IMG/VR virus record: IMGVR_UViG_3300028048_000050
Location: 147,494-179,115 of that record
DNA length: 31,622 nt
Reading direction: 5' to 3' (one strand)
DNA from: a virus
Taxonomy: Duplodnaviria > Heunggongvirae > Uroviricota > Caudoviricetes
The notes under the pieces were generated by a model. That model was not told the DNA's origin, made no database searches, and worked only from the letters and a program-made list of their open reading frames with translations. A program made the translations under genes and the position numbers. Positions 13,101-21,563 of this stretch are shown one piece after another. The first letter of the stretch is position 1, and each line of letters starts with the position of its first letter.

Positions 13101-15025
13101 GTTCTTAGGAATCTTAGGATTCTATAGAAGGTTATAGAAAAGGATTTACAGAAAGATTAAAAAGATTTAATCCTAAAAACGCTTTATCCGAATTAAGAGC
13201 TGCTACTGAAGGTATATTTGTTGAAGATGCTCCTAGTCAAGATCATCCTGAATTTTTATTTGATATTGCAAATCGTTTTGATAGAACTGAAGGAAATCCA
13301 AAGGAACGTAGAGAAGCTTTAAGGTCAAATGGTGAAGGATTTTTTGAGCATAATTTAGAAATGTTATGTTTTAAACATACTTATGCTTATGAATCTGCTA
13401 AACAATTTAATAAAGTATTTCCTATGATGAAAGCTGCTATGGCTTTCTTAACGGCTGCTGGAACAACAACAAATAAAAACTTCGAAAATGATATTGAATA
13501 CTTAACTGGATACATGAGAAGTAGTATAAAAAATCAGCCACTAGAAAAAAGTGATGAAATGAAAGAAGCTACTCTAGTATCAGGCAAAATAAAGCAAATA
13601 GCAAGTTTTATGGCTTTAGCTTTTTCTCCTGTACAAGCAATGTATCAGACTATTCAAGGTCTATGGCAAGACATAAGTTTAATTATTCGTAAGCCTGATG
13701 GAACTCAAGCATTTACATGGGCTAATATGTGGGATGCTGCTAAAATAGTTTATGCTGATTTGAAACATTTTTCTGATAAACCTACTAAATGTCAACTTAT
13801 TAATGAATGGTTAGGAGTAAATGATATGGACATGAATCTTTATTCAGAAAGAATGAGAACAGACGTTCATAATAAATATAATTTTACTAATTTAGCTTTT
13901 AAATTTGCTTCAAGACCTGACTATTACAATAGAATGGTTATTATAGTAGCTAAAATGAAAGCTGATGGTATTTGGGATGCCTTAGAAGTTAAAGATAATT
14001 AGTTAGTTTATAATTTTAAAAAGGATAAGAGATTTAGTGCTTATGCCAACGGAAATACTTCTGACCCTAATTATAATAAACAAGCATCTTTATATCATAC
14101 TATCGCAGAACAATTTGTATCTGAGGGTACTCAAAAACCTGATGGAAGTTTGTTCCAAATAGGAGATCCATTACCTTATGGTTGGACTAATCAAGAAGCA
14201 GAAAGTGTTAAATCTTTATGTGATTTAATTTATGGTTATTATTCACATGAAAAGAAATCCTTAATTCATGCTACTTTCTTAGGTTCTTTATATATGCAAA
14301 TGAGAACATATTGGTCTGGTAAGAAAAACCAATATTTAGCTCCAGGAGGAGTTAGAATTTAGGGTAAATGGGAACAAGCAATAGATAATAATACTAAAAA
14401 ACCTTTATATTATTAGACTAAACCTGATGGAACTATTGATTACGATGCTCCTTTAACAACTGACGAAACTAGTGCTCCATTCTATCAATGGAAAGGATAG
14501 TGGCAAGAAGGTATTGTACTTACTTTATCTGAAATATTTAGACACGGATTAACTAAAGAGGGATTAAAAGAAGGTTGGAATGAAACTTGGAATAACCAAG
14601 ACGAAAATATTAGAACTATTAGACAAGCTAATTTAAAATAGTTTATTGGCGATTTAACTTTCTATGGAATAATAAGTGTTCTTATCGCTGGTCTATTAAT
14701 GGCTGATTGGGATAAGGAACTACAAAAATAGACAAAAGAATCAGGAGAATTAGGAGATGCTATTAAAGCTACAGCCTTTAAATTGATTAGAACTTCTTTT
14801 GGTCAATCTGCTGATGACTTTAATTGGTGGTCTTCAATAGGAAGTCCTCTTATTGGATGGAATCCATTTGCTCTTTCTCAAGCTACTTATTTATTTGGAA
14901 GAGCATCCAATGTTATTATGGGAGATTAGGATTTTTATACTGGAGTAGTAAATACTTTTGCTGCTGGTAAACAAATGGGTCCTTTAATGGCTTGGTTAAA
15001 TCCCAAAAATTTTATAGGTGATTAA
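10181..15025 (+). CDS. Large virion/ejection protein (1614 aa with TAG=Gln) with a PD-(D/E)xK nuclease-like domain and a C-terminal hydrophobic helix
   Basis: ATGA overlap with the previous stop. All track fragments from 10343 to 14362 are in the same frame, which ends at TAA 15023-15025. Motifs GSAVH..E..GYIDLAVLD..YYDYKTS..YQLAAY match the RecB/Cas4-like PD-(D/E)xK pattern. Hydrophobic stretch LTFYGIISVLIAGLLMA at about 14654-14704. Confidence 0.85.
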
Positions 15026-15055
15026 AATTAAAAAAAAATAGCCGATAACAAAACT

Positions 15056-15103
15056 CAAAAAAAAATAAGGGAAGCTGAACCATATAGTTCAACTTCCCTT
15101 TTT
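15056..15103. terminator. Probable bidirectional intrinsic terminator
   Basis: 14-bp stem aagggaagctgaac/gttcaacttccctt with one mismatch that becomes G-U on the - strand, and a 6-nt loop. A run on the left, T run on the right. It sits where the convergent genes meet. Confidence 0.8.
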
Positions 15104-15823
15104 CCATATAAAGTTTCCTGCAGTTTTGTATTTCCCCTAACAACATAAAGAAATACTAGAAATAGAAATTCCAGTATTCTAAGAAGCTTCGGTTATAGAT
15201 TTAAATATATTTATTAATTTATTATCTTTAGAATACTATAATATTTTTGAATAATTATTATATCTGGTAGCATTTTTTATCTTTTCTTTTAATTCTATAT
15301 CTGATAATTTAGTTAAACTCCATATATATCCATGAGATTTATGGAATATTCCCTATAAGTTTCTTTCTATTCCTCTTCCTTCAAAATTTAATTCTTTTTC
15401 AATTTGAGTAATACTATTCCATTCTTTTATAAAATTTCCTTGTAAATCATACTAATATATTATCTTTTTTATTTTATCTTTTTTAACTTTTTCTTTTCTA
15501 GGAGGATTTAATATTTTTTCAAACTATTCTTTCCAGTCTATTAGATCTTTTATTTTATTTATTTTATAATCCTAAAATATCTGAATTACATCTGGAGTTT
15601 TCTAAAATAGTTCTCTAGAAATTTTATATTTTTTGCATAAAAGATGTAATTCAAATTCCATATTTTTATCTATAGTTTCTATATCTATAGTATTCTAAGG
15701 ATATACTATAATATCTATTGGAACTACTATTTCTCTAGAATTTTTAAATGATTCTACTCTCTTTTTTAAATTATTTGTAACTCCAATTTTATAACAAGTA
15801 CCTAAATCAATTAAATATACCAT
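15089..15823 (-). CDS. GIY-YIG-superfamily (T5orf172-like) putative homing endonuclease with two NUMOD1 DNA-binding repeats; 244 aa, TAG=Gln
   Basis: Manual translation gives MVYLIDLGTCYKIGVTNNLKKRV...MEFELH...IIYQYDLQGNFIKEWNSITQIEKELNF...HGYIWS...ILQYSKDNKLINIFKSITEASQNTGISISSISLCCQGKYKTAGNFIWKKGS then TGA. It has 9 in-frame TAG codons, two of them at the conserved NUMOD1 QY position. Absent from the ORF track. Confidence 0.85.
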
Positions 15824-15854
15824 ATAAAAATTAAATTAAAAAATTAATACAATA

Positions 15855-15883
15855 ATAATATATGAATTAATTTTTTAAGTCAA
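15855..15883 (-). promoter_or_regulatory. Possible promoter for the endonuclease gene
   Basis: The - strand reads TTGACT-17 nt-TATTAT about 30 nt upstream of the ATG at 15823, and also TTTG...TATTATTG resembling Bacteroidetes -33/-7 elements. The region is very AT-rich, so a chance match is possible. Confidence 0.35.
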
Positions 15884-15947
15884 ATTTTTTATTTATTTTA
15901 TAAAATATTGTAATATATCCTTATAATTTTAATTTTAAGATATATAG

Positions 15948-16023
15948 AATTGTCTACAATCGATTTTTATACTCAAGATGATAAATTATTCATCTTGGAA
16001 ATTTTAAGAGATTGTAGAAAATT
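15948..16023. repeat. Nested imperfect inverted repeat (long hairpin/cruciform)
   Basis: tctacaatc (15953-15961) pairs with gattgtaga (16010-16018). The inner caagatga (15974-15981) pairs with tcatcttg (15990-15997). Confidence 0.6.
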
Positions 16024-16027
16024 TAAG

Positions 16028-16076
16028 AAAAAAATAAGGCTGCAACCACCAATTACGGTGATTACAGCCTTATTTT
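16028..16076 (-). terminator. Intrinsic terminator of the - strand operon, directly after nadD
   Basis: The - strand reads aggctgtaatcacc-gtaatt-ggtggttgcagcct, a 14-bp stem fully paired with two G-U wobbles on this strand only, followed by tattttttt. Confidence 0.85.
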
Positions 16077-16650
16077 AATAATATTTTTTCAATAATTCTA
16101 TTACTTTAGGAGAAACATATCGAGCTAATTTTTCATCTGAATAATATGCATCCATTTTATTTCTAGTTCTTAACATTTCTCTAATAGAACTAGATGAAAT
16201 AGAATTTCTTGGTCTATCTACTATAAGAAAATCATAATCTTCAATTATTTTTCCACCATGCATCCAATTTGGAATATCCTTCATAGTATCACTACCCACT
16301 AAAACGAATACTTCATCATTACAATATTTATTCTTTAAAGCATGTAAAGTAGCATAACTATAATAAGGAGGAATAAGTTCTTTTTCTATTGACGATATTC
16401 CAATTCCTTTTGGATAATAAAATTGATATAATCCTGGAATAAAAGTATCTTTTTTGGAAATTAAAAAACTTTTTTTAATAATTTCAATTCTTTTATCAAT
16501 ATCAAGAACTTTCTCCTCTTTCCAAGGATTTTGCATTGTTGGAACAATAATTACTCCATTCATTTTAAAATCATTTAAAGCAGTCTTAATTACTTCTAAA
16601 TGACCATTATGAAACGGATTAAATGAACCAAGATATAATGCTATTTTCAT
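16075..16650 (-). CDS. nadD: Nicotinate/nicotinamide mononucleotide adenylyltransferase (NadD family)
   Basis: GSFNPFHNGH (HxGH), P..QNPWK, YSYATL, FVLVGSD..I.NW, ISSSSIRE. Confidence 0.9.
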   Translation of the reverse strand: MKIALYLGSFNPFHNGHLEVIKTALNDFKMNGVIIVPTMQNPWKEEKVLDIDKRIEIIKKSFLISKKDTFIPGLYQFYYPKGIGISSIEKELIPPYYSYATLHALKNKYCNDEVFVLVGSDTMKDIPNWMHGGKIIEDYDFLIVDRPRNSISSSSIREMLRTRNKMDAYYSDEKLARYVSPKVIELLKKYY

Positions 16651-16832
16651 CTTTTAATAGGAGTTAAAATAACTTCATTTCCACAATCTGGACAAATTAT
16701 ATAATTATAATTTTCATTGTCTAAGTAAGTCATTCTGTTTCCAGATTGAATATCTTCTTGCTCATATTGTAATTTGGCTTTACAATTAGGACAAGTGATT
16801 TTCATTATTCCATGTTCTAATACTTTAATCAT
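16647..16832 (-). CDS. Small zinc-ribbon protein
   Basis: CPNC and CPDC pairs; ATGA overlaps with both neighbours. Confidence 0.7.
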   Translation of the reverse strand: MIKVLEHGIMKITCPNCKAKLQYEQEDIQSGNRMTYLDNENYNYIICPDCGNEVILTPIKR

Positions 16833-17704
16833 ACTAAATCACATAAATAAGGGTAAACAGGTAAATGATTTCTTTTAAACTTAGAGTTTTGATGAAGTAC
16901 CATAACTTTATCAACTCCTTGTTCATTATAAGAATCGATAAGTCTAATATATTCATTCTTGTATGTTATATTATCCATTCCTCCATCTGGAAAATACATA
17001 GTTTTAAGAACATCATCTACTTGTTCATAATTATCTAATCCGAATTGAGCACAATCACCTCCAGCCATTACTCCATTACCATCGGTAGGAGTTAAAGCTA
17101 TTGATTGTTTTAAAGCTTGAATAGCTAAATCAACTTCTTTAGTTCTAACAGCTAAAATTTCATAACATGTTAATATATATTTAGCTAATTCATATACTTC
17201 AGTTTTCCAAAGATAAATAATTCCTACATTAATATCCCCAACATCTCCATGAATAGTCCAAAAACCTAATTCATGTTCTGTCTTATTATCTGTGTCAAGA
17301 ACACAACCTCTATGAATAGAAGCTAAATTATAAAGATATATCATACGAAGACGTGCTTTAATATTTCCAAGTTGAAGTTTAGACATTTCTCCTTCATTTA
17401 AAGATATATCAAAAGCAATATTAGCATACATATTCTCTATAGGAACTTCTTTAAAATCATCACAAAAAGCCTGACCAACTAACGTAGCTGCACTTACTTC
17501 TTCAGATTGATTAGTAGATGCTGGAAGACTTCTGCCTATTAATGGAATACACATTTCTTGACAAACTGGAGAGGCAATAGCACAAGTTACTGTGCTATCA
17601 ATTCCTCCAGATACACCTATTATTAAACTTTGTAAATGATTATCTTTTATATAATTACATAACCATTCTCTAGAACTTTGTAAAAATTTAGAATAATCAA
17701 TCAT
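16829..17704 (-). CDS. nadE: NH3-dependent NAD+ synthetase (no glutaminase domain)
   Basis: GVSGGIDS PP-loop, GNIKARLRM, TDNKTE..LGFWTIHGD, KTEVYELA; 291 aa. Confidence 0.93.
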   Translation of the reverse strand: MIDYSKFLQSSREWLCNYIKDNHLQSLIIGVSGGIDSTVTCAIASPVCQEMCIPLIGRSLPASTNQSEEVSAATLVGQAFCDDFKEVPIENMYANIAFDISLNEGEMSKLQLGNIKARLRMIYLYNLASIHRGCVLDTDNKTEHELGFWTIHGDVGDINVGIIYLWKTEVYELAKYILTCYEILAVRTKEVDLAIQALKQSIALTPTDGNGVMAGGDCAQFGLDNYEQVDDVLKTMYFPDGGMDNITYKNEYIRLIDSYNEQGVDKVMVLHQNSKFKRNHLPVYPYLCDLV

Positions 17705-17822
17705 TCCAATGTTGTTTTATAAAATCAAACATATTAATTCTCTGCTGTTCATAAACTTCAGCATTACAATACTTTTTATAAAGTTTAAAAACTTTATTTA
17801 ATTCTTCATCCGTTGGGAGCAT
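17697..17822 (-). CDS. Hypothetical protein, 41 aa
   Basis: MLPTDEELNKVFKLYKKYCNAEVYEQQRINMFDFIKQHWND; fills the operon gap and overlaps both neighbours. Confidence 0.5.
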   Translation of the reverse strand: MLPTDEELNKVFKLYKKYCNAEVYEQQRINMFDFIKQHWND

Positions 17823-17937
17823 ATCTAAAAAGTTTACGACATTCTGGACACATATAAGTTTCACCTTCCTCATCTAAGGCATTAGAAAGAATTACTTGAA
17901 CAGGTTTATTACAATGTGGACAATTAATCTGATACAT
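17806..17937 (-). CDS. Small zinc-ribbon protein, 43 aa
   Basis: MYQINCPHCNKPVQVILSNALDEEGETYMCPECRKLFRYAPNG; two CxxC motifs; below the ORF-track size cutoff. Confidence 0.65.
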   Translation of the reverse strand: MYQINCPHCNKPVQVILSNALDEEGETYMCPECRKLFRYAPNG

Positions 17938-17938
17938 A

Positions 17939-18142
17939 TTATTTAGCTTTACAGGTTACTTCATATTTAGGAAATTCAGTATCATATGTTATCCAAGGAT
18001 ATGTAGTCCAAGGATAATAAGGAGGGTTATTTATAATAGTATTATTACTACGTAAATCTTCTATTAACTGAACAGCTTCATCTTCAGTGAATCCTCCTTT
18101 AGAATATGTTCTTAATATAATTCTTAAACTTTCTTGATTCAT
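17939..18142 (-). CDS. Hypothetical protein
   Basis: ORF tightly packed in the operon; Pro/Tyr/Trp-rich segment PYYPWTTYPWITY. Confidence 0.6.
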   Translation of the reverse strand: MNQESLRIILRTYSKGGFTEDEAVQLIEDLRSNNTIINNPPYYPWTTYPWITYDTEFPKYEVTCKAK

Positions 18143-18144
18143 AT

Positions 18145-19338
18145 TTAATGTCTATGTTCATAATCCCGAGTATCAAAATGGAGATCTAATAAATCTCTAG
18201 CAATTTCAAACTCTCTATTATCTCCTAATTGTTTTCCTAAATCATCAGAAATCTTAATACACTTTCTCCATTCCTGATTTTTATTTATCCTACATTTAGA
18301 TAATTTCATTACAATATTAGCAGATTTGAATTCAGTGTCATTAGTTAGATTAGTACCAATTCCAGCTGACACTCTAATTCTTCCTTTAAAATAATTATGG
18401 ATGTCTAAATATTTAGGGAATGTAAGAGCATTTGAAAATACTATAGTTTTTGTAGTAGGATCAATACCTAATTCTTTATATCTATCAATAACCATGTTAC
18501 CAATTAAATATTCATCACCAGAGTCTTGTCTTACTCCATCAAACAACTTAGCAAATTTAAGAGACATATTTTTTAAACCTACTTTAGAGGTATATGTATC
18601 CATTAAGAATATTCCCAAATTTCCATCATAAGTTCTAACCCAGTCTCTCATTCCCAAATAATTAGCTTCTTGATAACCCCAAATAGCTCCATGAAACATA
18701 ATCCACTCATGAGGGAAAGTTCCTACAGGAGTCATATTATATTTCATAGCAAAATATACATTAGAAGTACCTACACAATTAATTGGACATTTCTCTTTAA
18801 GACGTTGTACAATAAGTTCATGTAATGTAGAAGAGTAACGTCTACGAGTACCAAATTCAGAGAATTTTAATCCATGTTCATTAGCTAGATTTATTTTAGC
18901 ATCTAGTTTATCAATAGCACTAGATACATTTTCTACTCCTTGAAGCTTAGAATATAATTCTGAAACTATAGCTAAAATAGGTACTTCATATAATGTAACT
19001 TTATAAAGATTGTCAGTTACTCTTATATTAAGATGTTTATCGTCGTCTAACCAACAATAAATTTTATCCATATCAAAACTGAATTGTGACAACCATTCCC
19101 AATAAACTGCAGGAATATATGGAATTCGTCTAATACACCATTGTTTTTCAGAAAATGTTAATGATAAATGAGATAATTCAGCAAATTTCATTTTCAGATT
19201 CTTTACAAAATTATCATCATGTACTACATTATTTCTGTCACAAAAAGTAAAAGTACCTTCAGCTTCTGGATATAACTTCATATAAGCATATGAAGTACTA
19301 AATTTATATAAATCTGTGTCTAATATACTAAAAATCAT
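18145..19338 (-). CDS. pncB: Nicotinate phosphoribosyltransferase
   Basis: SILDTDLYKFS, EFGTRRR, GTSNV, PVGTFPHEW (phospho-His site), GVRQDSGD, GIGTNLTND, IVMK, KISDD; 397 aa. Confidence 0.95.
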   Translation of the reverse strand: MIFSILDTDLYKFSTSYAYMKLYPEAEGTFTFCDRNNVVHDDNFVKNLKMKFAELSHLSLTFSEKQWCIRRIPYIPAVYWEWLSQFSFDMDKIYCWLDDDKHLNIRVTDNLYKVTLYEVPILAIVSELYSKLQGVENVSSAIDKLDAKINLANEHGLKFSEFGTRRRYSSTLHELIVQRLKEKCPINCVGTSNVYFAMKYNMTPVGTFPHEWIMFHGAIWGYQEANYLGMRDWVRTYDGNLGIFLMDTYTSKVGLKNMSLKFAKLFDGVRQDSGDEYLIGNMVIDRYKELGIDPTTKTIVFSNALTFPKYLDIHNYFKGRIRVSAGIGTNLTNDTEFKSANIVMKLSKCRINKNQEWRKCIKISDDLGKQLGDNREFEIARDLLDLHFDTRDYEHRH

Positions 19339-20108
19339 AATTGTTCAATAATTTTATTATAACCCTCACCAATGGAGTTATTGTCACATGGCCAGCCATC
19401 ATTACGTATTACAAATGATACTATTTTATAATCCTTCATAATACCTATACAACCACACCAAACCTCATTTATAGCCTCATTATCATTTATTGAAAAATAT
19501 TCTTCTGAGATACAATCAATACCACATTCATCTAAGGCTCCACATATAGGATAAACATAATTTTCATTAAAAAGATTAAGTTTATCATCATCACTTCCAT
19601 TAGTATTCCAACTTCCTAAATCCCAATTTTTACCTATTGGGAAATAAAGTTTACTTCCATAAGTATCGTTCCTTAAAAAACCTATACTTCTTAAAGGTTC
19701 ATCTATTTCATAGGTGCTTCTACTGTCGTCAGAATAATAACAAGAACTTAAAATGATAATATTATCATCTTCTTCTCCAAATTTTTCGAAAGCTTCATCT
19801 ACTAATTTTTTAATTTTAGGAATAAATTTTTCCTTAGCTTTCTTAAATTCAATTCTTTGAAGTCTTTCGATTTCAGCTACAAGTAGAGATGCTGCTTTAG
19901 ATAAATCTCTAATTCTAGTTGTGGGTTTATACCATTTTTTATCCCAGGTAGAAGGCCAATAACTTGATAAATATTTAGTAGGAAGGGCATAACATACTGC
20001 AGCTAATGCTAGTTCATTATTTGTATGTTCGTCATCATGTTCTGTAGTCCAACCTTCTTCATAAATTTGTCTAAGTCTTTCTTGTTCTATTAAACCAATT
20101 CCACTCAT
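19335..20108 (-). CDS. Two-domain hypothetical protein with a conserved phage helical N-terminal domain (ERxRQ..EGWT.EHDD)
   Basis: ERLRQIYEEGWTTEHDDEH..ELALAAVCY..WP..W..W.KP..RDL.KAASLLVAEIERL is a recurring phage domain; the C-terminal part is acidic and unrecognised. Confidence 0.7.
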   Translation of the reverse strand: MSGIGLIEQERLRQIYEEGWTTEHDDEHTNNELALAAVCYALPTKYLSSYWPSTWDKKWYKPTTRIRDLSKAASLLVAEIERLQRIEFKKAKEKFIPKIKKLVDEAFEKFGEEDDNIIILSSCYYSDDSRSTYEIDEPLRSIGFLRNDTYGSKLYFPIGKNWDLGSWNTNGSDDDKLNLFNENYVYPICGALDECGIDCISEEYFSINDNEAINEVWCGCIGIMKDYKIVSFVIRNDGWPCDNNSIGEGYNKIIEQL

Positions 20109-20443
20109 TCTTCATAATAAATTAACTTAAAAGGAATAAATAAATCATAACCATCATCATCTTCAAAATGATTAATAGTATCAACATATTTATCTCCAAA
20201 CTTATACCTAATATAGTTAAAGCCAGATTTAGGCCACCATTGAGCTATAGTAGTATTTCTACATTGACCAATATACCATCCTCCAGGTTTTAATTCCGAT
20301 TTAGGAATAGCTCCAGCTTTAATATATAGGTTTACTAATTCTTTATATTCTTCTTCTGAATTACATCCTGGAAATTCTAGTATATCATTCAAATCTTTAA
20401 ACTCTTTATTTAAAAGTTCTTTATAGTTCTCTATTAATCCCAC
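20105..20443 (-). CDS. Hypothetical protein
   Basis: ORF overlapping both neighbours; Y.G.CRN..IA.W..F.YIR.KFG pattern. Confidence 0.7.
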   Translation of the reverse strand: MGLIENYKELLNKEFKDLNDILEFPGCNSEEEYKELVNLYIKAGAIPKSELKPGGWYIGQCRNTTIAQWWPKSGFNYIRYKFGDKYVDTINHFEDDDGYDLFIPFKLIYYEE

Positions 20444-20934
20444 AAATATTCAATATAATGATGTAAAAATTTCCAAAATAAGGCTTTTGCTTTCTTTTCT
20501 CTAACTGTTGGAAGATAATACTTTTGTAATCCTTCTTTTAATATAAAATCTAATTCTTTTGGATTAAAAAATCTATTAACATTTCTAGTATTTACATAGT
20601 TATGTAAATCTTTATCTGTTATAATATTAGTTTTATATCCAGCGTTGAGAATAGCTATAGCTCTATCACAAAGAGTTCCATACCAATCTTCATCTGCTAC
20701 AATGTTGTGAGTATGAAAATAATTAGACATTCTTTTTAATTTAAATTCCATTAAATCAAAAAAGAATCCTTCATCCCAATCAAAATCATCCTTGAGAACA
20801 TCGTGGTAGGAGAAAGTTTTCTCCCACCCCTTCAGTTCTTCTAGATTTTTACATTGATTAATTCTATCACAAAGTTGTTGTTTTTTAGCTTTAATAATAG
20901 AACTTTTAGATTTCTTCTTTAATAATTTTGTCAT
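20434..20934 (-). CDS. Hypothetical protein
   Basis: Track ORF 20434-20970; start moved to ATG 20934 (MTKLLKK) to reduce the overlap with the Nudix gene. Confidence 0.65.
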   Translation of the reverse strand: MTKLLKKKSKSSIIKAKKQQLCDRINQCKNLEELKGWEKTFSYHDVLKDDFDWDEGFFFDLMEFKLKRMSNYFHTHNIVADEDWYGTLCDRAIAILNAGYKTNIITDKDLHNYVNTRNVNRFFNPKELDFILKEGLQKYYLPTVREKKAKALFWKFLHHYIEYLWD

Positions 20935-21394
20935 GATTAAATGCCCATTTATAATTATCAATATCATCAATAGGAATCCATTTAATACTAGAAACTTCTT
21001 CTTCTTCAGAATTTTTAGAAGTTAATTTAATATCTTCTATATTCTCTTTTATTGTATAACGATATCTAAATGTAACATTCTGTCGTTTATCATCATTAGG
21101 ATTATCATTTATATAAAAAAGAATAAGATTATTAGCATTAAGTTTAACTCCTGTTTCTTCAAATACTTCTCTAACAGCAGCTTCTTTAATGGTTTCATTA
21201 TAATCAAGATATCCACAAGGCATACACCAACATCCACGAAATTCTGGATCTGGAGTTTTGGGACCACGTTTATTAGCAAGTATATAAGATTTATTGTTTT
21301 TATCTATACCTATAACCATTACTAAAGCTGCTATATTTCTAGCTATCCATTCAACTTCTCCAGTTTCGGGATTTTTTAAAGGATGATTATTCAT
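20906..21394 (-). CDS. Nudix hydrolase, ADP-ribose pyrophosphatase-like
   Basis: Complete Nudix box GYLDYNETIKEAAVREVFEETGV preceded by WCMPC. C-terminal WAFNH..II resembles the AFDH motif of ADPRase/NrtR/NadM-Nudix proteins. ATG at 21394 preferred over TTG at 21403. Confidence 0.88.
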   Translation of the reverse strand: MNNHPLKNPETGEVEWIARNIAALVMVIGIDKNNKSYILANKRGPKTPDPEFRGCWCMPCGYLDYNETIKEAAVREVFEETGVKLNANNLILFYINDNPNDDKRQNVTFRYRYTIKENIEDIKLTSKNSEEEEVSSIKWIPIDDIDNYKWAFNHDKIIKEEI

Positions 21395-21395
21395 A

Positions 21396-21563
21396 TTATT
21401 CAAATAAAAGACCTATAGCTTTACTATTTTCAACACCTTTTACTGGTTGAACACCTACAATTTCATAAGAATAAGGAACATCATTTACTACAATTTCAGG
21501 ATCCTCTTCATCAGAAATTTCTTTCCAGTATTCAAGTTCTCTTAATATTTCACTATATTTCAT
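21396..21563 (-). CDS. Hypothetical protein, 55 aa
   Basis: MKYSEILRELEYWKEISDEEDPEIVVNDVPYSYEIVGVQPVKGVENSKAIGLLFE; ATGA overlap with the pncA stop. Confidence 0.6.
   Translation of the reverse strand: MKYSEILRELEYWKEISDEEDPEIVVNDVPYSYEIVGVQPVKGVENSKAIGLLFE

Noticed and set aside
726-14362. The many short + strand ORFs in the track treated as separate genes, or as a decayed pseudogene region
   Set aside because: They stay in frame, are separated only by TAG in the gaps examined, and catalytic motifs lie in those gaps. Random decay would produce TAA, TGA and frameshifts.
15026-16074. Suppressor tRNA, other tRNA or CRISPR array in the apparent 1-kb gap
   Set aside because: Most of the gap is the recoded endonuclease. 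I saw no cloverleaf, T-loop motif or spaced direct repeats here or elsewhere in the window.
16075-19338. Calling the NAD genes NARP1 or NARP2 (Namat/Nampt)
   Set aside because: The phosphoribosyltransferase has PncB-type motifs (DTDLYK, GTRRR, GTxxHEW, RQDSG) rather than Nampt-type ones (DSYK, RPDSG). There is no Prs-like Adps, and PncA and NadE only make sense for a deamidated route.
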